A DNA stretch of 64,000 nt from Psammoneis japonica (taxonomy: Eukaryota): positions 1 through 64,000 of the forward strand of contig QPGO01000001.1 in assembly GCA_008632985.1 (NCBI GenBank), read 5' to 3'. The position numbers were made by a program, and so were the translations under genes. Below the pieces are notes generated by a model. The model was not told the origin of the DNA and did not search any database. It saw nothing but the letters and a program-made list of their open reading frames with translations. Shown piece by piece: positions 12,690 through 26,585 of the stretch; the first letter of the stretch is position 1; each line of letters begins with the position of its first letter.

Positions 12690-13443
12690 TGCATTTTGAC
12701 AAAGCCAACCCACAGCTGGCGTGTTCCTCCATGCCGGCGCCAATTGTCAATGCACCGGGATGAAGCACAATGTCTGCTGGAGGGCAACCCACTTCATGAG
12801 TGTCATGCAAGCACTTGCACATCCCAACCTTGTCCTCCTTGGTCACTGCTTGTCCTTGTTTGAAAATTGCCACAACTGCTGCTGCAGCTCTGTGTCTCTC
12901 TGACCATGTTCAACCACCTGCTGCTCTCCACAATGTGCCTCTTGGTGGTGCTCTTCCTGTTGAGCCCAAAACCCTTGCCCCAGAGCATTTGTCATGTGAC
13001 AGCAAGTTGTTTGCTGACAGATTGAGTCTCTGTGGTCTTTGTCTCCAGCACGCGACAAAACCATTTCTTGTGAAAGTGCCATTTGGATGATGCCATGATG
13101 TTCAGATGAGACATGAGGTCATTCACAGACACTTCAAAATTGCTTGATGAAGCTGCCACAAAGTGTGGCAAAAGCAACAAAAGTGCTGTTTCACGTTCTT
13201 TCCAACTGCAGAGTCAGGTGACTTGGAAGACATGTTGTCAGAGATGTGAGAGACTCTGCTTTTTAGATTGGCCAGTGTTGGCATGATGAAAGTTGCAGTG
13301 ACATTCCAAAACTGCAAAGGAGCAACAACAGGATTTTCGAAAAATCAAAATGTTTTCAGTCGTGATTGCACGGCAAAGCATGGGAAAATGGCGGTCACTT
13401 CATCAATCTCATTGTTGATGAATGCAAGGCAAATGAAAAAGTC
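12690..13443 (-). mobile_element. Possible MuDR/MULE remnant
   Basis: Minus-strand CKC...VG.P..H pattern near 12760-12820 resembles a degenerate SWIM finger; TA-depleted. Confidence 0.35.
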
Positions 13444-13447
13444 ACCC

Positions 13448-13836
13448 GACGTGTTCCAGCCCCAGGTGGGACTCCGTGTGACATTGGGCCCGCAGAATTC
13501 TACGTGCAAGCTCTGAAGCACGGGAATTTAATCAATGGACACATTTGTCTTCAACATCAAATGAACGGCCAAGTTTGTGGTGCAATCATGCCTCTCACCC
13601 TCGACGTTTTTGCAAATGCGCCTGCCCTGCACGATTCTTAAGACATTGTAGAACAGCGCTGCAACAAAAAATGTCAAAAGTTTTTGGACGGATCGCTCAA
13701 CAAGTGCACCGTAAAATGACACAAAACATCAAAAAAATCACATAGAAATCCATGTGCGCGACATACGACGAGATTCAAAAAACCATCGATGTCACAGTTC
13801 AGTGGTGCGAGGTCCCACCCAGACCTGGAACACGTC
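13448..13836 (-). mobile_element. ~389-bp MITE (GAC...GTC family), copy 1
   Basis: TIRs gacgtgttccag..aggtggga / tcccacc..ctggaacacgtc; 4-bp TSD accc; inverted relative to copies 2 and 3. Confidence 0.92.
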
Positions 13837-14100
13837 ACCCCCCATTTTAAGACCACCACAACACCCTCTTTCAACTGAGGTGCCTCTCGTTTTGATCCAA
13901 GAAAATTCGTCTCCATGTGATTTGTGCAGCATCCCCACCCATGGCTGTGCAGCACGGTCTGCGCACACTGACTGCCAATGCTGTGCAAGTGCCTGTGCTG
14001 ATGATCTGAGCTCTGGGGCTGCTGCACTGCACAGTCTTCACACGCTGACTGCCAGTGCACTTCTGTTCGTTCAAGCACCTGTTCAAGCACCTGTGCGTGT

Positions 14101-15355
14101 GGTTGGGCTCACAGTGCATGTTGCTGGATCTTTCAATCGAGAGCTCGTGCTCATGCGTGCAGGTTTTGCGCTGTGACACTCGTGCAAAAACTGCGCGGTT
14201 TTTAAAAAATGCCTGGATTCAGCCAATCAAAAGCTCCAAAATCATCCTCTCGCGCTCGCATCAGCAACAAATCTTTCCGAGGTGTGCCGCAAAGTGCAGC
14301 AAAACACCGACACGATGATGCGCTGACAACAAACAACAACGAAAGCAACGATGCAACGACCTTCAATTCATCATGACAACCATGGCACCAGGCAGAAAGA
14401 AATGCTCCAAGGACAAGATGCAAAGAAAGAAGCGACCAAGGTTGTCTGAAGAACAAAAGGCTGAGAGGAAGAGGAAGATTGCCGCGACGAAAGCCAGAAA
14501 AGGCAGAGAAGCAATGCAGCTGGCTCTGAATGGTGGACTTGCAAGAGCTGAAGCTCCTTGTGACAAAGAAGAGGAAGAGGTTGAGACACAGGTTGCTCAA
14601 GGTGAGCAAGAGCAGCAAGACAAGGTGGGGAGCCCTTTGCTGCCTGTGGACTTTCCAGCTGTCATGGCAGAGCTTGACTTTGATGATGATGGAGGTGTTT
14701 TTTCTGAAGAAGAAAGCGAGGACACTGGCAAACCTGGAGGAGTCATGGCACAATGTCTTGCAGCCATTCAAGCTCAACTCAGGAGAGAGACAACTGGAGG
14801 TGGTGTTGGGGCGCTTGACTGACCGTGGCTGTTGGACTGGAGAGTCCCACCTTGGGATGCAAGAATTGTTTGTAGGAAGCTCGGCATCCCATTTGGGGAA
14901 CCATCCCACTGCCGAGAATTTGTGGTGTGGCTCCCACAATTCAGGTGGGGTCCAGAGGCCACTCCATTTTGCCCCACATGCCTCAAAAACCGCGAGTGGG
15001 TCTTCACGGCTGCCAAACCAATCATGGCACCAGGCGAGTTATTTCTCTCAACACGTGCCATTGTGTCATGACGGCCCAACAAATTTGCCATGATTGCAAA
15101 GCACGATGCCAGAATGGTGAAGGCATCCCACAACACATGCTCATGGGACATAACCCAACTTCTGTTGGATTGCTGCCTCATGGACACGGCGACGAGTTTC
15201 CCGTGTTCCTGACTCACAAGGCTGCAGTCGACAAGGAAACAGTGCTGGGCCTCATGCGTCCAGTTCATGACAAAGGCATGCGGCCCGAAGCACTTTCCAG
15301 CCTGCTTGTTGAATTGCATTCTAAAAAACTCTTCCGTGAGCTCATCAAAAGAGAA
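14101..15355 (+). mobile_element. DUF6729-type DNA transposon, copy A, 5' part
   Basis: 14101-14860 is nearly identical to 28921-29700. Motifs C..C...FPVFLTHKAAVDK...LVELH. Interrupted at ~15356 and resumes at ~23069. Confidence 0.75.
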
Positions 15356-16194
15356 AACATGTGCCGACGTGACAGGCAGTCCAACCCCACAACACAAAGA
15401 GACGTCTGGTGGGGCAACAATCTGACATCGCGCGCGAACTCGCGTGCGACATTCTTGCCGGACATGTCTGAATTTTTTAAATTTAACATGAATTTTTTTA
15501 CACGCGGTGTCAGAAATCTTGCTTCTCATCTAATTTTTTTGTCATGTGTCACAAGAAAATTTAAATGCAGTGACCATGCAGAGAATGTTCCCGACATTTT
15601 CAAGTGCAACACTCATCCACTTTTCACCGTGCGACAATTTACCTTTGTGACAGCCCCCAGTTCACATTGCTTTCAAACCTTGCTTTAAATCTAACAAGCA
15701 CACGGACAAGATTCCCGTCATTTTACAGCGCAACACTTGGGTGCTTTTCACATTCTACATTGCTGCAGCTTCCGAGCTGAGTGGATTTCCCGGTTGACAT
15801 CAATGCCGCCGTTGTTTCCTGCTGCATGCTGGCAAATGCCACTGCCGTTCCGCGCGCATCCTCGTTGCACCCTCAGTCGCTTCTGTGTGTTGTTGTTCAC
15901 TCCTCTTCATCGAGATCCTGTTTGTGTCGAAGCGCTGTTGTCAGTTGCTGCTGTTCCTGGAGTCTCTTCCTCTTCCTTTTTGCTCCCTTGCTCATCGTTC
16001 CTTCCTTTGGCCTCCTCCTCACTGTCGCTCCAATCATTTTTTGGAGCAGCCCATCCACTCATGCTGTCCTTCTTTTTCTTCTTTCTTTTCTTGCCACGAG
16101 CGCTCTCTGATTTCTTTGTCTGCAGGCACTGTGCATTGACTCTGCCGCAATCCGTTCTCTCCTTCGCCACAGCATCATAGAGTTTGTTGCACTT

Positions 16195-16583
16195 GACACG
16201 TTCCAGGTCTAGGTGGGACCTCGCACTGCTGAACTGTGACATCGACAGTTTTTTGAATCACGTCGTATGTCGCGCACGTGCATTTCTACGTGATTTTGGC
16301 GAAATTTTGCATGATTTTACAGTGCAATTGTCAGGCTGTCCATTGAACAACTTTTAACATTTTTTTCTTCTACTTCATTCTCGAGTGTCTTGAGAATGGC
16401 GCAGGGCAGGCGTGTTGTCCAAAACTTCGAGTGCGAACAGGGATGGATGCACTGCAAACTTGGCCATTTTTTTCATGTCAAAGACAAACATGTCCATCAA
16501 CCAGAGTGCGAACTGCAGAGCTCGCACGCAGAATTCTGCGGGGCAAATGTCACAAAAAGTCCCACCTGGGACTGGAACCTGTC
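16195..16583 (+). mobile_element. ~389-bp MITE (GAC...GTC family), copy 2
   Basis: TIRs gacacgttccag / ctggaacctgtc; TSD actt on both sides. Confidence 0.92.
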
Positions 16584-18002
16584 ACTTGTTGATCCCATCC
16601 TGGTTCCATCCTTGATTTCATTTTGCCCCTTTCCCCAAGAAAGTGCACTTGGTGGCCACGGGTTGGGTCGGTGGCTGCGTCGCGCCGTTTTGTTCAAATT
16701 GCTCTTCGATCTCTGCCACCGACACGGCCGTTTCGCAGCAGTTGTCACACATCAGCCTGGCAAAAGCTCCATGCTTGTTGTCAGCCAATCGCTGACACCT
16801 TGGCTGTCCGATGTTTTAAAGTGCTCCATTCCTGCCGCCAGGGAGCAGCAATTTTCCAAGAACCAGAAGTGCATTTGAGGCAACACCCTGCCCTTTTTGA
16901 TGTCTTTGACGCTTGGCATTCCATTGCATCTGGCCATTTCTGAGCAAGAATCAACTTGTGAGAACACTGGCCCATCTCATCCACGCACAGCCCTGGCAGC
17001 ACTTGCGAACCAACTTCTTTCTAAAAACCTCCTGCCTGTTGTTTCTTCTTCTGTTCAGTCTTTTCTGCACCTTCTCCTTGTTCTCTTCCCGCCAAACTGC
17101 AGAGTCACTCGCATCCACGTTGAGGTGTTTGCAAACCTTTTTCTGCATTTTGCTCCCGAACACCAACTCAACCTCGTCGTGTGTCACGAATTTTGTCTTG
17201 GGGTGCACAGCCGTTGCAATGCAGTTGGTTGTCTGGCCATCCATGAACTTTCTCCTTGCCGCCTCCGAGCTGATGACCAACATTCCCGCAATCTCCACAT
17301 TGTGTGATCCTGTCTCTGCCGTGTCATGGGGGCTGACTGCATCAAAGGACACAAGACATGCACAAGCTTGCCAACCCGTTTGTGCAATGATGCCGCAACG
17401 CACACACCTGATGAATTGTTTCGCACCATCATGTTTGCTCACCCACTCTCCAATGTGTTTTGTGTCAACAAAATTCCTCCCTCTGTGCCAAACCCAGTCC
17501 TGAGTGTGCGCCCGCCAGCTTGCCCATTGGCCCTTTTTAAAAACTCCCTTTTGTTGCATGCCAAATTTTTCAAAGCACTCACTGTCAAACATCAACTGAT
17601 GAATTTTGCACTCCTTTTGAATGGCATGTTTTGTCATTGTCAGCCTCACATCATCCGTTCACTGCACATTTCATGATCTGCACGAAGAACAATGGCACTC
17701 CCCACTGTTGCATGCCACAATTTTCAAATCGCCAGCTGATTTTTTTTTTCGTCCAGATTTTCATAGAAGCAAGGGCTGCAGTCCGAACACTTCTTTTTGC
17801 TTTTTTATCTGGCATGCGACACCTTGCTGTGCCATCTTGGTCACCATGATCTTAGCTGCCCTGATCTTCTTGCCCGCCCACAAAGAACAGAGCACCGTTT
17901 TGACACAGTTCTCAACTCACCAGTCCGTTAAAAATTTCCATGATGTGGCAGGTGCTGTGTAGATTTTATGCTGTCTGGGCCATTGGGCTCATCTCTTTGC
18001 CC

Positions 18003-19007
18003 TCACTCGTCACCCAGCCTTGCTCTCACCCTTCTGTTTTCCTCATTGTTGACTCCTTCTTCTTCTCTTGCCATCTCGTGTGATTCCTGCAAGCGCTCCA
18101 CAACTTCGTGCAATCCACCGTTGTGACCACATCTGGCTGCATGCACTCCTGTGCAGAATGCCCGCAATCCCAAGAGTGCTTTCTTGCACACTGCTGTGTC
18201 TCCGCTCACCAGCGGGGGGCAACATCCCTCTGCAAAAGGCCAGGAGGCTCTGTCGCCATTGTCGTGTTTGTCCAGATGAATCGCGTTAACACTGGTTTCT
18301 CCTCCTGGTCTCACCTCACCATCTCTTCTAGGTGGCAGAGCACACACAATGTTTGAGTGGCGGCATTCTTTGTCTCCTTCAAGGCAAGCCAACACAATCG
18401 CGCAAAGCAGCTGCTGCGAAACGGACACCGGCACCTCCAACTCCAAGCCCACCAAATCTGTCATCAACGTCACTTTGTCCACGCACGTGTTGCAATGGAT
18501 CTTTTCCTTTTTCATCCACCCTTTCACAAATGGTTGCAAGCTGCACCTGCGGTGTCCATCACCATCCATGCACCCCACCGCGACATGACAATTGAAAGCT
18601 CTGCAGTCAATGCAAGCTCTGTTTTTATCCAGTCTTTCATGCAAACTCATCGTCCGAAACTCTCCCTCAATGTGCACCTCTCGCATTTCACGCAATGGCC
18701 CATTTGTCCGGTTTTTCCACATTAAAGTGCATCTGGGATCGCCAAAGTTGCACCTCCACATTCTCAGTGCATTGTCTTGCTTCGCTGCTTCTCTCAAAGC
18801 ATTGAGCACATGTGGAAACAACTGTTTGTGAACAAACAGCCATCTCCACATCATCTTGTAGCTCGTGCAAGAAAACACACACTCCAGGACGCCTTTGGTC
18901 AACGCAAGGCATCCCAGGCTGCCCAGTGTGTCGTGCTGTTGGCAATTGGACACAACATGTTCGATCAAAGGATGTGTGGCAGCTGTGGTGCCACTTCGAT
19001 TCTGCAT
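18003..19007 (-). pseudogene. Degenerate ORF of unknown function, co-oriented downstream of the Plavaka-like transposase
   Basis: 334-codon protein-like ORF with charged C-terminus; TA-depleted, so its length may be inflated by loss of stop codons. Confidence 0.3.
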
Positions 19008-19699
19008 GGTCGCTGCATCAAAATTTTATGTGGGGCCACACCCGGGGATTCCAATCGTGCCATTTGTTTGTCATGTGTCGCTGAAAGTGAGTGCAAAATT
19101 TCAATGTTTGTCTTTCACCTTGTTGATTTGATTTCACACAATTGGGATGTAAATCGACACACTGTCGTCAAAAAAGGGTTGATTTTTTGTCAAATTTTCC
19201 ACACTGTCACCAAAACAAGAGAGTGATCATGCACAACTCAATTTTCATTGCTGAGGACAATTCTTTTGTGTTTTTGTGGTCCCAGGTGATGCTCCTGGGA
19301 CTGCAGCCCATGTGTTCACAATGTCACACAACCTCTTCACATCTGTGTTGCTGTTTTCTTCTGCCAGGTTGCAACCCACTCTGTGACAAACATCCATTTT
19401 CTCCTGCCATGTTGTTGTCATGTTCCAACTGTCACCACATTCATCATCTGCCACCCATTCTGACAGGACTTGATCACCGAAACAACAAACATTCTTGGCA
19501 ATGTGCGCATTTCCAACCTGGTCAGCATGTCAGCAAGAGGACCTTGACACACAAGAAGACAGCTTCTGTTGGACTGTCTCCCACTGGCATCAATCATTTG
19601 TTCCGCACTCTCAATGCTGATGGATTTCTTGGCACAAAAAATCAACAACGTCTGGCTCTAGATGAGCGCTTTGTTCCCTTTTCATTTCCAAGGTGCCGG

Positions 19700-22600
19700 T
19701 GCACTCGCAGCATGTTTTTTCAACTCGGTCGACTGTGAACATGGCGTGACCCAGGTCGTGGTGTAATGCTGCTGCCACTGACAAATCCTGAGTTGCATGT
19801 GGACGGACAATCAAATTGTTGGCTCTCTCCAAAAGACTCTGCTCTCGCACAGTTGGCTCACAAGTTGACATGTGAACTCTTCTTTGCCTTGCAATGCTTG
19901 GCAGGTCTGACTTGGAAGCTTTGCCCATTTCTTTAGACCAGACTTGCCGGTGGTGGCATCCCATCCTGAAAACACACCCAACCGACAAAGAGCGGCGACC
20001 AAGTGCAGCAGGTCATGGAACTTGGATGTTTTCCATCCATGCGTGCCTTCACCACGATTGATCATGCTGTGCAGCTCAAACATCAGAAGCTCTGGGTGAC
20101 ATTCAATGTTGGCTCAGTTGGTGCGTGAGTGCAGGGAAGAACCACAGCTGCAGAAGGAGTGGAACAACAACAATTTGTTGAGCAAAAGCAACAAGTGTTC
20201 CGCATCATCACAGTCCACTGAACAACAAGCCAGCTCCAGGTCATTGCACAGGCTGTTTGGCCTTTGGCGGAATGCAAGAGGCAACTCCTTTTCAATTTCT
20301 GAACAAACGAATGGTGGGTTGTGAGAATTTGCCTTTGTGTGAAGGGACTGGTGTCGATCCACACAGCGTCTGAAAATCTCAGAAACAGAGGAATCGGTGT
20401 GGTTTGGGATGCAGAGTTGATGATCCAGGTTGACATTTCTTTTTGCATCCACACAATGTTGTGACAAACATGAGCTTGAGCTGTTGTCAGCTGCTGCGTG
20501 TGAGGACACTTGTGCATGAGCCCGTGTCCGCGATGTTGATCCTCCAGATGTTCGTTGTGGACTGGGTCATCGTGTGGCCACATTCTTTGTCAGTGCAAGG
20601 CTGGTTGACCGAGGATGCGGAGGCCTGCGGTGGTTGATCCCCAGGGGAAACTTCCTCCTTGTCACTTTCTTCCTCGTCATCTTGTGGATTTGGTTGCTGT
20701 TTGTCTGAATCACATGCGGACTCATCGTCGTCGTTGTCGGAAATGGGCTCACCTTCTTCGTGTGCATGACCATCATTGTCCTCTTCTTCGTGTCCACATT
20801 CTTCTTTGTGTTCATGTTCTGAAGGCTGGTCATCGAAATTAGAAGCGCGTTTTTTCTTTGTGTTGTCAAAATCTGGATGGCAACGAAGACGGAGCATGCT
20901 CCGTCCCTCCTCGGTCTGACCCATCAGTGCCAATGCAAACAGCTTTTCCATCTTTTGGTTGCAGGTCAAACCAGACAAGGTGCAAAATCCATTTTGCAAG
21001 ACAGCCGGTGGAAAGTTTGATCTCTGACCTGGTCTGCACCACTGAGATCCAAACACGCGGTTTGCCAAATCATTCAGTCGGGATTTGGAAGAATTGGGCA
21101 AATCATCGACAATGACGGAGAGCGTCTGAGGGACTGTGCCGCCTTGGAACATGTGCATTGGATCAGGGGACGCAAACCCAAACACACCCTGACGATTGTC
21201 TCCCATCCGAAGACAAAAGAATGAATTGTCAACCGTGTGTTGGCCACACACCTTGTGGGGTGTGGTGGAACAAATGTTCATGCACCGGACGACTGCACTG
21301 CGTGCCTTGGAATGGATTGAATCGGCTTTCGACTTGGACATCACTGTGTCCATTTGTGATTTGACACAAAGATGCCATGGACTGCCGGTGGAACCGGGTG
21401 GTGGTCCAAGGGCTGCAACAGTTAAACACTCCATCAGTTCTTGGGAAAAGTGCCTGCAGCAATGCAAAGGTTCATTGCTGTTGGTCCAGGAAGTGTGACA
21501 GGCACGACTGATGCGGCGGGAGTTTTCGCACCCAGAAACACGGCCGGTGACTTGTGCGACGTTGACAGCATCGCCCAACGACGTTGCACTGTGAACAACA
21601 ATGCGCTTGTGACAATGCTGATTGCCAAGTCAGACTCGGCAGACAGGAGGTGATTCTTGCCATTGAATTACAGACACTGGAAGGACAGATGAAATTCAGT
21701 GGCAATTTCTGATGTTCATCCCTAAAACGGGATTCTTTGTTTTGCAACCTGTGTGTTTCGGAACAAATCCGAGAGGTCGCCATGCTTCAAAACAACGGTG
21801 GGCACATGACTTGATGAGAGTTGCAGAGAAAACAAATGGCTCCATCGAATGAGGTGTGACCTGTCCTTTCCCAGTTTTGTCAGTGCAACGCAAAACAAAC
21901 ACATGAAAGGAACCGGGGACGGCGGGAAAAATGCTGCCACAAAAACAGTTCCTGCAAGTTTCACCATCCTTCTTTTTGGCGTCGTCACAAAGTTTCCAAT
22001 CGCCATTCTCGTCCAACATGGGTTCACTGGAGAGCACCTGAGACCAACGTGAATCAGGAGGAACATCAAGATTTGAAAGATCGGCAAAAAGGGGATCATC
22101 GAACAGATTCTGCAGTTGGAGGGAAAAGTCATGCACAGGGATGCCGGGAGAGAGCTCCTGAGGCAGGTTGTTCTTGAATTGGTTGACGATGGACACAGAC
22201 TTGAGAGGAATGCACTGCAGCACTGGGGCCACAATGCTGGGCAACACCAACTTGAGCTTGGACATGAAAGTTCGAGAAGAGGGGATTTGTCCAGTGATGG
22301 ACAACCCACCACTGGAGAGTTCCTCCTGCACAGTTCTCAGCAGTTCATCTGTCGTGCTGATTGGGACACCCTTGTGGCAACACAAATTCAACATGCAGAC
22401 CATGGATGTCGTTTTGCAGTTGTGCGCTTTGGGCACCACGAGGTTCTCGTCCGCGGAGAGGTGTCCAACTTGATCGAGTGCGGAAAAAGGGCCAGATTCT
22501 GCAACATTGGTGGCAGAGCCCTCGGCATCAGAAACAAATTCTTTGGGGTCTGGAAACTGGCAGTCTGAAACATCATCAACGTGGGGAAGAACGGAGTTGT

Positions 22601-22961
22601 TGTGGGAACCACGCAGCTCTGGCACAGATGAAGGTGCGCGATTGGAGCGTGGCGGCCGGGGATTGTGTCGGGTGCAACCATGTGGAGCTGGAACTGCATT
22701 GGCATCGGGACCTGCGGCGACAAATTCAAATGGAGAGCCGGGGGTGGAAGAGGTGGCAACATCCACTTGTTCATCCAACTCTCCAGTTTGGGGGTGTTTG
22801 CCATGAGCGGGGTCGGATTGATGGGAAGAAACATCGCAAAGGCTTTGAGAAAAGGACAGTTTGCAGGTGAGACAAGTTCTCAGGTGGTGTTGAAGACCAG
22901 TTGGGAGAAAACGTTTGCCACACACGGGACAATCATTTCTGATGGCAAAGGGGGCCGCCAT
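19700..22961 (-). mobile_element. Plavaka-like transposase remnant
   Basis: N-terminal CPVC...H..C finger; CTDKTG (YxDKT), EPFVFS, AWRPLGFVP, GDA...GR, PDPMHMFQGG and KFHDLLH motifs across ORFs 21696-22961, 20487-21578 and 19811-20083. Confidence 0.75.
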
Positions 22962-23068
22962 TGTTCATGTTGTAAAAACAAATGAGATGAAAATGAGTGG
23001 GACGAACCACGTGATAAAAAAAACACGTGGCAGGTGACAAGATTGGGCTCTGCATGAATCAACTCAGG

Positions 23069-26000
23069 CATGAGCATGCAAGATTGCAGCTTGGTTTAAC
23101 GCACAACATCAGTTGTCTGCACGCCGGCATGCAGAGCCAGCATCAGGCAATTGACAATGTAGGACAAATCGGACTTTCCGCAGTGACGGAAATTTTGCCA
23201 TGCTGGCTTGCATCATCTCGGATTGTTGCCCCACCAGACGGAAATGCACTCACCGTTTGCCGACAAATCTGGCCATGACGGTCCAGTCCCCACCGGAAAG
23301 CATCTGGCACATGTTCACAAGGAATGCCACAAAACCATTCGGCCCCACCTTGACAGGGAAGCAAAGAAGCAGGGCGCCCGTTGCCTGCCCATTGACGCAT
23401 CATGCAAAGAAGCAAAGCATCTTTGTCAGCATCATGGAAACCCAATTTTCAAAGCACTGGTCACTTGCACGATTGAATTTGGAGAGATCAGAGTGCAGCA
23501 TCATGTTGTTTCTGACAGCCATGCCCAGATGAGGAATGCCATGGCAGGGTTTCTCAACACTGTCGAAGAGCACGGGCAGGATCCCATCGAGTTGGCATTT
23601 GCAGACAAACCTGATGCAGACAAGGCTTTGCTGCTTGAGACCATTCCGTCCTTGAGGCAGTTTGAAGACCTGCACAACAAGAACATTGGTGATGCACAAA
23701 GCAATTCTGCCAGCAGCAGTGATTTTCTGATGTGTGCTGTGGACTCACAGGACATGAGAGCCATGCACAGCAACACAGAGATGAGTGCCGCCATGGATGC
23801 ATGCAGAGATGAAACAAAGCAGAAACCAGAAAGTGAGAGGGTGGTCGGAATAGATTGTGAATGGCCAACAGCAAAGAACTCACAAGGAATGGCAGTGTCA
23901 AGTGGAGAGACCTGCACAACAAGAACATCAGTGATGCACAAAGCAATTCTGCCAGCAGCAGTGATTTTCCGACGTGTGTTGCAGACTTTCAAAACTGCCA
24001 TTCTTGCCTGTTCACGGAGTGGATGAGATGAGACTTTTCTCCAGGCTTCGTCCAGAGTCTCGTCATGATGCCCGCAAGTGCAGCATCGAATGGACCAAGC
24101 ACTGCAACGGCGCGACCATCTTTTTAAAGCTCGAGGTGCACCTTGACATGTGTGACGAGCGGCAGAAATGAAGCCAAAGGAACAAAGACGCCGTCCAAGG
24201 TGCAAGAACCATTTTCAAAGCTCTTGCAAACTTGAGCCAAACCCTTTCCACCGGAGGCATGCAACGGAGATTCAAGCAATGCTGCAATGGAAATCCTTGG
24301 TGATGAAAATGATGACACACCAAACGGCAGTGCCAGTTCAGTGGAAGCACCATCTCAAAATCAACAGGACCCTGCATTTCACAGTGCACATTGGCCCACA
24401 CCCTTGGCGCCGTGCACTCTCGACTTGCTGTTGCAGTGTGCTCATCACAATGACGAAATGCCAATCATGGTTGGTGGGATGCAGACATGTCCCCTGCACT
24501 GTGTGATGCCTGAGAGGGAAGAAAATCCAACAAAAATTAGAAGAAGAGGCGAGCGCAGCAGCAACACCAGGAGACACATTCCAGGCACAGGTGGGACCTC
24601 GCACTGCTGAACTGTGATGTCGACAGTTTTTTGAATCACGTCGCATGTCGCGCACGTGCATTTCTACGTGATTTTGGCAAAATTTTGTTTCATTTTACAG
24701 TGCAATTGTCAAGCGATCCATTCAACAACTTTTAACATTTTTTCTTCTGCGCCATTCTCGAGTGTCTTAAGAACAGCGCAGCGCAGGCGCATTGTCCAAA
24801 ACTTTGAGCATGAACAGGGACACATGTGCTGCAAACTTGGCCATTCATTTTATGACAAAGACAAATGTGTCCATTGACCAGAGTGTGAACTGCAGAGCTG
24901 GCACGCAGAATTCCACGGGGCAAATGTCACAAAAAGTCCCACCTGGGACTGGAGCCCATCAGGAAATGAAGCAGTCGTCATTGCATGCGCTGCATCCGAT
25001 GCGGAGGAGACAAGGCCCTCGAATGTAGAGGCCAACACCCAAGGCCAGGACAAAAGAAATGCCTGCATTTTGAAAGTGATGGGAGCCCCCGACACTCGCA
25101 GCATGCGCGGAACAAAAATCAAAGCAAATGCACCACAAGCATCCACAGTTTTCCATGTCTCTTGACAACAGCAAAGAGGTTGACGAGCCGAAGGCAGCAC
25201 TTTTCTGCCATGCTGGCAGTGGCAGACAGCCAAACAAAACACCATTTTGTTGCCTTTCATCTTCACCATTTTGCCAGCTTTTGATCCCTGAACGAGGGAG
25301 CACCAATTGCTGGCACAAAGTCGTGAGAATGAAAGAGAAGCAAGACGTGACAGTGGCCAGACAACTCAACCAAATCAAGGAATGAATGCCACGATGCCCA
25401 TCAACAAGCTCAAGTCTGACACAGAAAAAATGTAAAAACAAAATGACAAGACTGCAGGTGAGACAGGCAACAACATGCAACAACATCAGCAGCAAAAAAG
25501 GTCACGACGAATGTGCTCCCGAGCAGTGCTGCTTGCTCTGCCACGCCCGTTGCAACTGAGACAAGGGATGTCTTAATTGAAGCGGGTTGGTTGATGGGAA
25601 GAAAGTGCCAAAAATGATGTCACATTTGGCAGCAACCGCACTCTCAGCCAAAAGAAGGAACCCCGCAGATCCAATCCGCTGCCCCATCAACATGTCAACG
25701 GAAACCTGCCTGATGCAGAATGACAAAAATTCACACTGGAACAAACGTCACAAGACAGGTGACAACATGTCATCAGCAAAAAAGTTTGTGAGGGACACGC
25801 ACATGAGCATCACTTGCCACACACACCTGGACATGAGCTTCACAAGAAACACAGCCAATGACACAGACAGCAAGACAGATTGAGATGGATGCGTTCATGC
25901 CCACCCAGCAATCATCATGTGCCTTGCAACCATTCAAGTGACACCGCTGCAAGCTTCAAGATGACAGCATCTTTGACATCCACACAACTGCAGACTGCCA

Positions 26001-26388
26001 CAAAATGGGTGGGTTCCATGCTCTTCAATCTGTCGAGAAAGAACAAAAATGGCAACGAAAGCAGTGGGGGCAACACATGTGAATGACAGCACAGCCACAC
26101 AAGGCAGTCATTGTCCATTTTTTGATTCACCTCTCTTTTCATTGGTGCACTCATCAGAACATTCAAAACATGATGCAGGGTGTGACAGAGATGTTGGCAG
26201 CAGCCGCGTTGGCGACAATGTCCAGCACTGCCTGTCGCCGCTGTCATGGCCTGTTTTTTGCAATGATGTTCTCATGAGGGAGACTCTTAGCTCGCGCCAG
26301 ATCGCGCTTTTGTGCACATTTCCACGCAGTCTAAAAAAGTTTGCACGTGCCAACTGATGGTTTTTGACACCAAAACTGGCGTTTGACC
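23069..26388 (+). mobile_element. DUF6729-type DNA transposon, copy A, 3' part (internally deleted, MITE inserted)
   Basis: IDASCKEAKHL...ALVTCTIEFGEIR...D catalytic-type motifs and VVGIDCEWP; 23988-26388 parallels 32263-33982. Confidence 0.78.
24573..24960 (+). mobile_element. ~388-bp MITE (GAC...GTC family), copy 3
   Basis: Similar to copy 2; TSD agga; absent from the homologous site in transposon copy B (~32843). Confidence 0.93.
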
Positions 26389-26585
26389 TTGCGCGTCATT
26401 CTCACATCTTAACAACACAATGACAGGCCATTGTTTTTGTTTGTTCATTCATCAAGCCAATGCAAGGCTTTGTGGTTATGAGGCAAAGGGGGAATGATGA
26501 ATCCATGTGACCAGACCCCTTGAAGGTGTGACGCGATTTTTTAAAAAAATGTTTGGTTCTGATTGGCTGAGGGGATCTGTGTGAC

